Origin: Octopus sinensis
Lineage: Eukaryota
DNA: 64,000 nt
Reading direction: 5' to 3'
NCBI RefSeq assembly: GCF_006345805.1
Contig: NC_042999.1
Span: 155,930,001 to 155,994,000, forward strand
Shown here: piece by piece, positions 26,169 through 38,965 of the stretch
Numbering within the stretch: position 1 is the stretch's first letter
How the letters are laid out: each line of letters begins with the position of its first letter
Translations under genes and position numbers: made by a program
The notes under the pieces: model-generated
What the model was told of the DNA's origin: nothing
What the model saw: only the letters and a program-made list of their open reading frames with translations
The model's database searches: none

Positions 26169-26547
26169 CTGTATGTGTTTATCTTGTGTTTGTCTCCCAC
26201 CACTACTTGACAACCAGTGTTTGTTTGTTTACATCTCTGTGACCTAGTGTTTGGCAAAAAAATAAACCAATAGAATAAGTACGAGGCTTAAGAAAAATAT
26301 AAGAAGTAGAGTCAATTCTTGATATGGTAATGCCCCAGCATGGCCACAATCTAATGACTGAAACTAGTAAGAGATAAAAGATAGGCAAGGCATGGCTGAG
26401 TGGTTAAGAAGTTCTCTTTGCAAACATCTAGCCTTTGGTTCAATCCCCCCGTGTAGAATCTTGGACATGTGTTTTCTACTAAAGCCCCAGGTTAGTCAAA
26501 GCCCTGTGAATTGATTTGGAAGATGGAAACTGAAAAGAACTTCATCG

Positions 26548-26573
<26 letters not shown>

Positions 26574-26578
<5 letters not shown>

Positions 26579-26738
26579 TGGGGAGGGTTGGTTTATGAGA
26601 TTGCCTTAGGTTTCCCGTCTATAAAAGGTTTAGCTTTATGTTGTATCATCAGACCCCAAAACCTGATACATCATAAAGCTAAACCCTTTATGGATGAGAA
26701 ACTTAAGGTAATCCCATAAACCAGCCTTCCCCATTCTT
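26574..26738. repeat. Inverted duplication (about 75-bp arms) of a hammerhead-bearing sequence, family C
   Basis: The arms at 26574-26648 and 26664-26738 are reverse complements differing mostly by transitions. Minus strand of the left arm: ggggt CTGATGA...GAAA cctaag GCA atctc. Plus strand of the right arm: ...GAAA cttaag GTA atccc. Confidence 0.7.
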
Positions 26739-26834
26739 GATATATACTGCTCTACATCTTAGAGTATGCTTCTTCTCCAGATTTATGTTTTCTACAAACA
26801 ATGTGTGTGTGTGTATTTGTGTGTATGTTTGTAT

Positions 26835-26868
<34 letters not shown>

Positions 26869-27439
26869 AAATAAGTAACATAGATATACATTCATTACGG
26901 TCATTTCAAGAGGCTCCATTTAATTAATTAATGAAAACATTACATCAATTTGAAAAAAACACAACAGGAATATTGGGTGCAAATGCCCCTATACAGAGTC
27001 TTGATATTCAATATTCAAATAATATTGTTGGGGTGTGCAGATTTTACCGAACTAGCAAGGTGCCTTAATTTCAGTACCTAATTCAATTGAATCTTAATTA
27101 TATATAATATTAATAATAATAAGGAGAAGGAGATATTTCACATCCATAGTTTTAATTAACAGTTATTTACAACATCTCTATGGACCTACAAGTGTTTCAA
27201 CTGCAGCGACTGCACACTTGGATTTACCCAGCGAGAAAAGTTACCAGAGCCAAGCAACTTATTGTTAGCTCAGGTATCACGAAAGGACCGTTGTGGTTAG
27301 CTGACATCCGAAACTGAGTTGAGAGGTAACATGGCAACTGCCAGAATAATATATCCCTTTAAACTCATTATATATTGTAAAGTGGTCTATTGCCACTGTT
27401 GTATCTTTGATGATGGTTGTTGCTCTGACAGATATTGTT

Positions 27440-29493
27440 ATATTCTGAAGTCGTCAATAGAATGGTTCTACCTGGCACTGTACAAACCCCAGTCTCGTAC
27501 AGTGTTATTATACTCAAATGGTTGGATCATTATAGAGTAGAAGTTGACATTATTCTAGTGGTTAGGAAATTAATTATCAAATTTGAGGGAAAGTACTGGG
27601 TGAGAAAGGATAGACCAGAGATGTTTGATACAACTATGGGATCGACAGACTCTGCACAGGTCACAGACTTAGTAGGAATATACATTTTATTCTGCCTGTT
27701 TAAAGAACTTCCTGAAATAGGAGGAGGTCTCTATATGGATGATACATTTTTCACCTGGTTTAAACCCTCAAACTGGGACATAGAAAAAAAATAAAGGAGA
27801 ACATTTTTTAGGTTCTTTAAAAACATAGGACTCAATCAATATCTAAAGAAGAGGAACATAACTCAGTTAACTTTCTTGATGTTCATTTAAATCTAAGCGC
27901 AGGTATACACAGGCCTTATCATAAACCTAATGCAAAACTTAAATACATTCATAAAAATAGCAATCACCCAAAATGTACAGCCCAATCAATAGTAGGAAAT
28001 ATATCACTCTGAATAAGTAAACTCTCAGTGAACAAGGAAGTATTTAAACTAAATGAGGACTTTTATAATTTCCCATTAGAGAAGGCAGGATATAGAGAAA
28101 AATTAAAATTCCCTAATGGTAGTAATAGTACAAATAATATAATTAACAAGATGGATCATACTGTCAATAATCCTGATAGTATGATTGATATGGAAAACGC
28201 CACTAATCAAATAGAACAGACAATAAGAAAAGTTAAGGATAGGAAATCTATGCAATTAAAATATAACAATAGTGTTCCTAGAAAAAAAAAGAAGAGCACA
28301 AATTTAGTTGAATATGTGTCAAGTAGCTTAGATAGAAATGGACCTACTAAGAGGTCCTGTTCAGGTAGTGTAGGTAAACAATACATAAACTCTGTAAACA
28401 GTAATATCCAAATAATTGACAAATATAATGTCGAATATTATAGCAAACAAACCGAATTCCATAATAGGAACCAGATAAAGAGATTAAACTCTTTTGCAGA
28501 AAGCTTAGGTAGAAATAGAAATACATACCTTAGTAGCATGGATATTTCTAGCTATATCGAATGAAAACAAATAATTTCTAATATACTGAAATTGTTTTAT
28601 TCAGCATTGACTAAGCATTTTTCAAAAGACAGTAAATACCATAGAATTTTTTAATAAAAATCGAATTAGATTAGCTTTCTGTAATAGCAAAAATCTAGAA
28701 CAAATTATAGCTGTACACAATGATATTAAATTTAACAGTTTCCATATGAGTAGTAGCAATAATAATAATCCGAATTAAATTATAGATCAATAAGTAGCAA
28801 CAATGTTAACACAAGTGGACAAACCGTGGGTGATACAGCTGGTTATCAAGATAGGAACTATGGTTTGACAACCTATGGAGTTGAAGAGATCCAAGGGAGC
28901 TCCACAATTAACCTGGGAATAGTAGATATGAATCCTAGAGGGCAAAGTACTCAGAGTGTTGTCGCTGTGGAAAGGACTAATAGCTTAGAGGATAGATGGG
29001 AGAATATATAAATTACATCTAGAGTAGTGAAGTGGATGATAGTGATGGAAGTACTAGAACTATTAGTTGCGATTGTGCAAGGTACAGGGTTTGTCTGCTT
29101 GGCTCTGATTGTAAGCATAAGAATATCATATACAGATGTAAGATTACCTCAGTGAATAGAGAATATTTTTATATAGGAGCTAGCTCATGTTATAATTAGC
29201 AGAGAATTGCCAATCCTTTAAGTTCATTTAGAAATAGGGACAAAATGAACACTGCTAACCTTAGTAAGCTAATTTGGGCAGTTAAAGATAGTAACAAAGT
29301 ATTTTCGATTGCTTGGGAAATTATTAGTTAAGCAAAACCTGATACAATAGACGATAATAGATGTAACTTTTGTGTGGAGGAAATGTACCAAATTTTATTT
29401 TCTAAATATACTATTATAAACACTAGACAGGAACAGGCCATGAGATGTCCACATTGGATTAAATATCTGTTTAAACGATTCAAGGAAACATAA
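27440..29493 (+). mobile_element. Decayed Penelope-like retroelement (RT plus GIY-YIG endonuclease)
   Basis: RT motifs FDTTMGSTDSAQVTDLVGIYIL and GLYMDD; thumb-like YIHKNSNHP and LEKAGYREKL; endonuclease NIIYRC...FYIG...LSKLIW...RCNFCVEE...CPHWIKY (29101-29493). Several stops and frameshifts. Confidence 0.9.
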
Positions 29494-31966
29494 ATTACCA
29501 TCTATAGTAATTATACTTGTTAAGATAATGATTGTGATAATTAATGATATTTTTGCAAGAAGCCTGGTGCAGCCATCTGGTTCGCCAGCCCTCAGTCATT
29601 CGTCCAACCAATGCTAGCATGAAAAGCAGACGTTAAACGATGATGATGATGATGATGATAATGATGATGATGAAGTACTAAAATGAAATTAGTAATAATA
29701 ACAATAATAATACTATCAATTCAGGGTATAAACTGAAACATAAGTGAATCACCTTTGAATAAGTAATGTACTCCATACAGTAAAATGTAAACAAACTGCT
29801 GCTATTGATTGTAATGTGAATTGAACATTTTATAAACCATGATTCAACTGTAATACCAGTAGAGGTAATTGTAAGACCAGAATTCAATTTGATTTTAAAA
29901 GTAATGCCATAACCTTCAACTGAATACCAATGCAGGAAGCTTATTTGAATTAGCTCACTTTGAAAACATTGTGATAGAACCTTGATGAAATTGCAGTGAG
30001 TAGGATGCATAACTGCATACAGGGCAATGTGCAGTTACTGCAGTAGAAACATATGTTGGTCATTGTTATATATGCTATAGAAAACTTTTTATCAAAATGT
30101 TTTGGATGAAAATAAATCTCCACTCTCCTCTTTGTTTTCAATTGTATACTCTATGGAATATTTGTAGTTCTGAATAGGAACATGGAACTATGCACTGAGT
30201 GAAGCTTACAAATACCAATATCAATTTATACTGGAGTACTATATAATTCGAATGTCATGGATAGCCTGCATCTATACCATTTTATGAGATAATTCGGTAT
30301 CTACCATAATAATTTATCCTTATATATATATATATAAACATTAGCATGCCAGGCAAAATGCTTAGCAGTATTTCGTCTGCTGCTACGTTCTGAGTTCAAA
30401 TTCCACCGAGGTTGACTTTGCCTTTCATCCTTTTGGGGTTGATTAAATAAGTACCAGTTAGGCACTGAGGTTGATATAATCAACTTAATCCGTTTGTCTG
30501 TCCTTGTTCGTCCCCTCTGTGTTTAGCCCCTTGTGGGTAGTAAAGAAATAGGTATTTCACCTATCTTTACATTTTGAGTTCAAATTCCACCGAGGTCGAC
30601 TTTGCCTTTCAATAAAATAGGTGCAAGTTTTGTACTGGGGTCGATCTAATCAACTGGTACCTTCCCCCAAAATTTCGGGCCTTGTGCCTGAAGTAGAAAA
30701 GAAAAGAATATACATGTTACCCCACAAGAACTTCATCACTCCAAGAACGATGACACCAAAGTCAATGTCAGCGAGGTATGAACCACACTAAACACTGTAA
30801 GTTATTTAGTTTGGTGCCTTCCACTTCCTACCAATACACATTCTTTATTGCTATATTAATTAATAATTGGGAAATATGTATATTAAAAATTGGAGGATTG
30901 GTCTGGGAATATATATGATTGTTGTGACCTTATTTTAATAGCACTTTGTGACATTGAAATATCTAATTTGGTTCAGAGGGCAATATTTATGTGTGTAAGC
31001 TTACTATGCATACATACATACATACATACATACACATGTACATACATATATACATATATAGATACATACACATATACATACATACATACTACATATGCAT
31101 ACATACGTTCATACATGCATGTATACATATGTGCATACGTACATACATACACACATACATACATATATGCATACATATGTACATATATACATATATACAT
31201 AGATACATATATAAACACATACACACATACATGCATGCATACATACATACATAAGTATATACATACATAGATACATACTTCCGTACATGTATACGTATGT
31301 ATGTACATATATACTACATATGCTTGTACATGCATACATACATACATGCATACATGCATGCATACATACATACATACATACATACCGTCCAACCCGTGCT
31401 AGCGCGGAAAACGGACGTTAAACGATGATGATGATGACGATACATACATACATACATACATAAATATATACATACACATACACACATGCATGCATGATGA
31501 TTGCTCCATTTCATTGTGCTTCCTTGATGTCAATGGCATTCTGACTTTCCAACCATGACTTCTCACACAGCTAACTATTCAGGCCAGTTACAGATCTTTA
31601 TGATTTGAAGCAAAGGTAACAGTTAGAAGTTGCAACTTTCTGTGCATCTCCACCTGGTTCACTCTGCACTCATTGCTCTTTTCTGTCATCACAGGACTTT
31701 CAGTAGATGCAATGACAAATGATGTCACCCTAAAGAGATATCTGTAGTCATCAAATTATTGGAATAAACATTTGTACAGCATAAATACCACTCTCTGATG
31801 CTTTGTAATTAGTATCTAGTGACAAGCCAAAGCAAGATGACCAGCAATCATGTGAAACTGTTCTTTGCCTAGAAGGATGCTTTGACAACAACTAGGGGTC
31901 CCTCGCTTCCAGTGTGTGCTCTGATATCCACCAAGGGTATATCTGTGTCCTCACACTAAATACCTA

Positions 31967-32187
31967 TTTCTTTGCTACCCACAAGGGGCCAAACACAGAG
32001 AGGACAGACACATGGATTAAGTTGATTACATCGACCTCAGTGTGTAACCGGTACTTATTTAATCGACTCCGAAAGGATGAAAGGCAAAGTTGACCTTGGC
32101 GGAATTTGAACTCAGAACGTAGCAGCAGATGAAATACCGCAAAGCATTTCGCCCGGCGTGCTAACGTTTCCGCCTGCTCGCCGCCTT
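31967..32187 (-). mobile_element. tRNA-derived Meta-like SINE (family B), full length with TSD
   Basis: Head ggcggcgagc...gttctgagttcaaattcc; central ctttcatcctttcggagtcgattaaataagtacc resembles the Sauria/Meta domain as I recall it; TSD tcacacta/caataccta. Confidence 0.8.
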
Positions 32188-32225
32188 TCACACTCAATAC
32201 CTACCTACATACATACATACATGCA

Positions 32226-33073
32226 CATGGTCTGATCAATAAGTATCCGGACTGTTGCTATAGTAATGAGGCTAAAGCATGCAGAGTGAAGCCACTTGGC
32301 CCAGATTGACCTTGAACACTGTTGTGCATGTGCACAAGTTTTAACATTCAAGCTTGGAAGGAAGGTGTGTAGAGTGTGATTGCCACATTGACCATGACAG
32401 AGAAAGTTGAGCAGAGAATCTGCATCAAATTTTGCCAAAACCTTGGTGATACCTGCTCAGAGGCCTTTGCAAAGTTTTCAAAATGTTTTCATTGTTCTTG
32501 ACACAATCAAGGAGATCTTTTACAACTGAAACCCGAATGTCTTTTTGCTCAGCTGAAAGCAGTTTTGACACAGACTTGGCAGACACTCATCTCATAGCCA
32601 AATCTTCAGTGATAATGGACTAAACTGAACCTTAACTAATCTGCACATCCTCTGCTAACTTACAGATGGTGATTAGACGATTTCCCCTCACAGCTGCATG
32701 CACATCTGCGATGGTTTTCTCAGTTCTACTGGTTGCAGGTCACCAAGAACTTTCATCAATATTGACAATTTTGCAGTCATCTTGGAAACATCTGAACCAC
32801 TCATACACTTGTGTGCGGCTGATACACTCCTCTCCATACACTTTCTGCAACTTTGCATTAGCCTCTGAGCAGATATCACTATGACAGCTTTCCTTGTCAT
32901 GGTCAATGTGACGATCACACACTACACACCTTCCTTCCAAGCACTGCTATAAAAGTAGAAGTGAGCTAGAAAGTTAAAACTTAGTGTGCATGCACAGCAG
33001 ACTTCAAGGTCAATCTGCATGCTCTAGCTTCATTACTATGGCAACAGTTCAGATACATATTGATCAGACCTCA
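32226..33073. mobile_element. Non-autonomous mariner derivative made of two inverted 5' ends
   Basis: Termini ggtctgatcaata/tattgatcagacc. Plus strand MTEKVEQRICIKFCQ from 32394. Minus strand KVYGEECISRTQVYEWFRCF...ENILKTL. Confidence 0.85.
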
Positions 33074-34034
33074 TATGTATGTATGTGCTGGGTATGATAT
33101 TAAAGTGCATCTGGTGTTGAGGATCCAGTTCAGGGGTTTTGGAGTTCCAGGGAGGATGGAGTCAGTCCTTATTTACCATTGCTCCTAGCTCTCTTTTGAC
33201 TGAGAACCGGTAGTACCTGTCAGGCTCCCATCTATGGGTTAAATGGATATCTCAGGGGTAGAAGTTGCTCCCATCATTTTTGACAAAGCTGTGGAGAAGG
33301 CAGCTCTTCTAGGAGAGAGATACTCTGACCTAAAACTTGCAGTCAGAATAGTATGAAGTCATCTTGCAATGTTTGTCGCTGGAACTTGCTACATTGACCA
33401 AGAGAGTAGCAAAAGTTTTCAACAAGCTTTTGTCATTTAAATCCAATGACATACAGATATTTTGCAATCCTTTCATTTCCTGACCTGTTTTGTATTTCAT
33501 AAATTCCTATGGTAATGCATGCATGAAGGAAAGTCATATCCACACATATGCAAGGATGAAAGTGAATACAAACAATCAGGCCGAATGTGAGATCTGACAT
33601 GACAAGGCATTCATCATATGTGCATGTGTTTGTGTGTTTGTATTTGTGTCTGTGAGTTCATGTTTCTCTTACATTTTCTAGTTTGTAAACAATGTACAGC
33701 TGATTGTGTTGTTTGCTCACAGTTTTCTGTGAAGGTATGTCTTGGTTTCTCGACATAATGTTTGATCTTTGTAAACAAAAATCTCAGTCATGTGATTATC
33801 ATTTCTTTTGAGAGACTGGGAGGTTATTATTTCACTTAAAAGCAAGCGAGGATTGGTGACAGGAAAGGCATCTGGCCGTAGGAAAAACTCTCCCTCAACA
33901 TATTCTTGTCTGATCCATGCAAGCATGGGAAATTAGGTTCTAAAATAATCCTTTCTACTATAGGCACAAGGCCTGAAATTTTGGGGGAGGGGACTAGTCA
34001 ATTACATCGACCCCAGTGTTTCACTTGCTCACAA

Positions 34035-34330
34035 TATCATAAGCGGAAAGTGTAACCTCTCGAAAGAGCTGTTCTTCACTCCTGCTCCAGAGTGTCGGCT
34101 GCGGGGTCACTCCAAAAAGCTCTATCTGCGACGATTTCATCTCAATTGGAATAAGCTGCCGGACGAAATAGTGAAGATGCCGACAACCGTTCGGTTCAAA
34201 GTCTCTCTTGACCAGAAATGGCCTGAACTCTTTGCATGAACACCACCCTGTACATAACTCCATGTCCTCCTACATGGCCTTGCTTTTTGCTTTTTGAGCC
34301 AAAAAATTAACTTAACTAACTTAACACTTA
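34035..34330 (+). mobile_element. CR1-clade LINE 3' fragment (second family)
   Basis: RLRGHSKKLY...WNKLPDEIV...FKVSLDQKW, with a (TAACT)n tail. Confidence 0.8.
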
Positions 34331-35624
34331 ATTTATTGACCCCGGAAGGATAAAAGGCAAGGTTGACCTTGGTGGAATTTGAACTCAGAACATCTTTAGG
34401 ATGGACGAAATGATGATGCTGATGGTGGTGGCGGTGGTTTCGACAATGATGATGATGATGAGGAGGAGGAAGGAGAAGAGGATGGTGATGATGCAGATAA
34501 TATTGCATCTATGTTGCAACTATCTAGATGATACTTTATATAACTGTAGATGACAATTTCGTTTCACACACAAACATACACATATACACACACACACACA
34601 AACACATACACAAATGAAGAATTACAAAGTAAAAGAGGGTGGGGATTAACTAGGTTCCATTGCTAATCATCCTCATCTGGTAGTTATCATCTCATTTTAT
34701 TCACAACATATTTATACAGGAAGAAAAGAAAGACGAATAAACATAAAATGTGTAAAAGATTAAATTACTGAGAAAAAACCCCTCATAACTACTTCACCAA
34801 GAGGATAAAGAAAAAGTTAAAAAGGGGGGGGGGAATTATGCAGTAGAAGATAGTGGGGAGGAAGTAATGGTTTGTATAGTCCAGAATAAATGGTCGGTTC
34901 ACCTGTGCCTTGTGGACATGATTGCAAAGGCATTGCTGTGGAGAATGGCCAACAACATTTGCTGCAACAGCCACCCCAACTTTGCATGCTTTACTGGCAC
35001 TTGTGCTGGTGGCACGTGAAAAAACCATTTGAGCGAGGTTGTTGCCAGTGCCGCTGGATGGCTCCTGTGGCACATAAAAAACAACATTTGAGCGTGGTCG
35101 TTGCCAGTATCTGGCCCTCATGCTGGTGGCATGTAAAAGCACCCACTACACTCTCAGAGTGGTTGGAATTAGGAAGGGCATCCAACTGTAGAAACTCTGC
35201 CAGATCAGATTGGAGTCTGGTGCAGCCATCTGGTTCGCCAGACCTCAGTCAAATCGTCCAACCCATGCTAGCATAGAAAGCAGACGTTAAACGATGATGA
35301 TGATGATTTCTCAGATGGACTGTATTTACTCCGATGAAATTGCAAGTGCAGGGTCCAAGAACACCTGAGGTCTTGATGGCAACCAACACAAGCTGATAGC
35401 AACCGGTCAGGTTCCAGTATTTTATTATTTTCCTCTCTTCTGCATTATGGATGGCAATACCTGGGTTTGCAGCTGATGCCACAAAATTGCAGCCAGAATC
35501 AATCCTCCTGTGACTGTTAAATTCTATGATTCTACAATACAAAGTCATAGTTTAAAGATCTAAATTGAAACTTTTCATTGAAATTTCATGTGAATCTAAT
35601 AATAATAATAATAAAAATAATAAT

Positions 35625-36155
35625 AAGATGCAAATAGGCCAGACATCATATTGAAAGACTTCAGACAAAGAACATGCCTCCTCATTGATATGACTGTCCC
35701 AATCGATATAAACGTATCTGTCAAGACCTACCAAAAACTGAGCAAATATAAAGATCTTGAAATAGAAATCAGCAAAATGTGGAACCTGAAGACTGAAACA
35801 ATACCTGTTGTCATAGGTGCCCTGGGAATGATAGCGAAAGGGGCTGATTGCTACCTAACTCAGATACCAGGAAACCCCAAAATGGCAGAAATTCAAAAGA
35901 TAGTGCTCATGGGAACTGCTCATATCCAACAAAAATACTCTCTATGTAATCCCAAGGTTTAAAACAAACTTTTTTTTTATTTTTTAAATTTATTTATCAG
36001 ACATTCACTAGTACAATACCAAAAAAAACCTCCAAATATATGGCACACTAGGCATAACAACAACGTGAACTTCCAACCTGTTGTCTCTTGAGGTCTCTGG
36101 GTGAGACTTGGAGCCAACTTGTACATACATAAAGCAAAAGTCAAACATAGAATAG
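35625..36155 (+). mobile_element. R4/Dong-like (RLE) LINE 3' fragment
   Basis: NRPDIILKDFRQRTCLLIDMTVP is the restriction-like endonuclease PD-(D/E)xK motif. Near-identical by eye to 12181-12628; (AAT)n on both sides. Confidence 0.88.
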
Positions 36156-36164
36156 TAATAATAA

Positions 36165-36545
36165 TAATGAAATTATTGTGCATAGTGCTCAGGTGTACTA
36201 CAACTCATTAAAGGTGCATGTACAGTACATAGAATTATGTACAAAAGTCAGGAAAGTGAGCAGTGTATGAGTCATGACATACATGTGTACATGCATATGG
36301 AGGATGGGGTATATCAGTGTAGTGTTGGTGAATTTCAGGAAGCATGGAGGTTTTAAAGGATTCAATGTCTTGGCAACTAACAACTGATGCAGGTAGTTTG
36401 GTCCATGCTTCAGCAACTCTGAGTGTGAAAAAATGTTTCTGAAAGTCATGGGAGCTGTGCTGTTTTCTGACTTTGTAGGCATGCCCACATGTGTTAGACA
36501 CATGGAGCTCAAAAAAGGTGCTCATGGTGGTTGTTGGCATAACAG
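36165..36545 (-). mobile_element. CR1-clade LINE 3' fragment (same family as 21415)
   Basis: TCGHAYKVRKQHSSHDFQKHFFTLRVAEAWTKLP...SFKTSM. Confidence 0.85.
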
Positions 36546-36761
36546 TTAAAAATTTTGTGGGTGTTTATGTTCCAAACATCAACTTAATAATGAAATAAAG
36601 GGTCGACATGGTCAAAATTTAAATTTTTCATTAGAATTTCATGTTAAATTATGGTCCATACTCCAACTTAATAATGACAAATTTATTTTATTAACGAACT
36701 TTGCATCTCAAGATTAATTGAAACAAAGACACGGTGTATCAACAGAAATGCAATAACAAAT

Positions 36762-37397
36762 AAGGCGGTGAGCTGGCAGAAACGTTAGCACGCCGGGCGA
36801 AATGGTTACTGGTATTTCGTCTGCTGTTAGGTTCTGAGCTCAAATTCTGCCGAGGTCGACTTTGCCTTTCATCCTTTCGGTGTTGATAAATTAAGTACCA
36901 GTTACACACTGGGTTCGATATGATCGACTTGATCCGTTTGTCTATCCTTGTTTGTCTCCTCTATGTTTATCCCCTTGTAGGCAATAAAGAAATAAGAAAC
37001 GTTAGCATACTGGGCGAAATGCTTAGCGGTATTTTGTTTGCCATTAGGTTCTGAGTTCAAATTCTGCCAAGGTCAACTTTGCCTTTCATCCTTTCGGGGT
37101 CGATAAATTAAGTACCAGTTACGCACCGGGGTTGATATAATTGACTTAATCCCTTTGTCTGTCCTTGTTTGTCGTCTTTCTGTTTAGTCCCTTGTGGGTA
37201 GTAAAGAAATAGGTATTTTGTTTGCCATTAGGTTTTGAGTTCAAATTCCACTGAGGTCGACTTTGCCTTTCATCCTTTCGGTGTTGATAAATTAAGTACC
37301 AGTTACGCACTGGTATCGATATAATCGACTTAATCCCTTTGTCTGTCCTTGTTTGTCCCCTCTATGTTTAGCCTCTTGTGAGCAATATAGAAATAGG
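36762..37397 (+). mobile_element. Tandem trimer of family B SINEs
   Basis: Three head-to-tail copies, each with gttctgagttcaaatt...aagtaccag...aaagaaata. Confidence 0.85.
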
Positions 37398-37450
37398 AAT
37401 TACAGAAACAAAAGGGTTTAAGTGATCTAAATTAATGCCTCTTTCTCTTT

Positions 37451-37855
37451 CTCTTTTACTCTTTTACTTGTTTCAGTCATTTGACTGCGGCCATGCTGGA
37501 GTACCGCCTTTTAGTCGAGCAAATCGAGCCCAGGACTTATTTTTTGTAAGCCTAGTACTTACTCTATTGGTCTCTTATTCCAAACCACTAAGTTACATGT
37601 ACGTAAACACACCAGCATTGGTTGTCAAGCGATGTTGGGGGACAAACATAGACACACAAACATATACACACACATACATATATATACATATATATACGAT
37701 GGGCTTCTTTCAGTTTCTGTCTACCAAATCCACTCACAAGGCTTTGGTCGGCCCGAGGCTATAGTAGAAGACACTTGCCCAATGTGCCACGCAATGGGAC
37801 TGAACCCGGAACCATGTGGTTGGTAAGCAAGCTACTAACCACACAGCCACTCCTG
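37451..37855 (-). mobile_element. CORE-like SINE family A, full length
   Basis: Reverse complement of the family A consensus. Confidence 0.85.
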
Positions 37856-38339
37856 CACCTCAAAATTTCATGCAAATTTATGTTCCAAACATCAGATTAA
37901 GGACACATATTTTACTAAATTTTTCGTTATTTTCAAAATTAATTGAAACAAGGGCTGAGTATTTCAACTGAAATATAGAAAAAAGAAAAGAGTTAAAGTG
38001 ATCTAAATTAGAATCTTCCGTCAAAATTTCAACTATTTTGATTCTGGCGAAGTTATTTTACTGAATTCTTCATTATTTTAAAAACTAATTGAAACAAAGA
38101 GTATATTTCAGTAAATCAACAGAAATATTGTGCCAAAATGGTTAAGTAAATTTCACTACTAATGGTGCTATGTAATGAAGCTAACCAAACAGGCTGAAAA
38201 ATAAAAAGCAAAAAGCAAGAAGCAAAAAAACAAAAAAAAAACACTTGTTTTATTTATTGCTCGGAAAAAAAACATTGAAATTATTTTAAACTATCAACTT
38301 ATTGTAGTAATAAAGACAAAGTATTCTTTAATCTCTTTG

Positions 38340-38965
38340 GTTCGGTTTGGTGGTAGCAGCAGTAGTAGTGGTGGTGGTGGTGGTAGTGGTGGTGATGGTG
38401 ATGCTGGTGGTGGTGCTTGTGGGGGCAAGGATGTCAGTGTTGGTGGTGGTGGTGTTGGTGATGGTGGTGGTGGTGGTGGTGATGGTGGTGGTGGTGATGG
38501 TGGTGGTGGTGATGGTGGTGATGCTGTTGATGGTGATGGTGTTGATGGTGATAGTAGTGATATTGGTGGTGGTGATGATGGTGGTGGTGTTGGTGGTGGT
38601 GGTGGTTGGTGGTGGTGGTGGTTGGTGGTGGTGTAGGTGGTGGTGTTGGTGGTGGTGGTGGTGGTGTTGGTGGTGGTGGTAGTGGTGGTGGTGGTGGTGT
38701 TGGTACTGGTCATACTGGTCGTGGTCATGGTGAAAGGTGTGGTGATGCTGGTGAGATTTGGTGATGTTGGTGATGGTGGTGATGGTTGTTGTCACGGTGA
38801 AGGCTTATGATAATGCTGATGGTGGTGCTGGTAGGGGCAGGGGTGTCATTAGTGGTAGTGGTGGGGTGGGGGTGATAGTAGTGGCAGCAGTGGTGGTGGT
38901 GGTGGTGGTGGTGGTGGTGGTGGTGGTGGTGGTGGTGGTGGTGGTGGTGGTGGTTGTGGTGGTGG
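38340..38965. repeat. (GGT)n-rich low-complexity tract
   Basis: Read directly. Confidence 0.95.

Noticed and set aside
28028-28564. 178-aa ORF as an independent gene
   Set aside because: It is the thumb/linker region between the RT and GIY-YIG of the decayed Penelope-like element.
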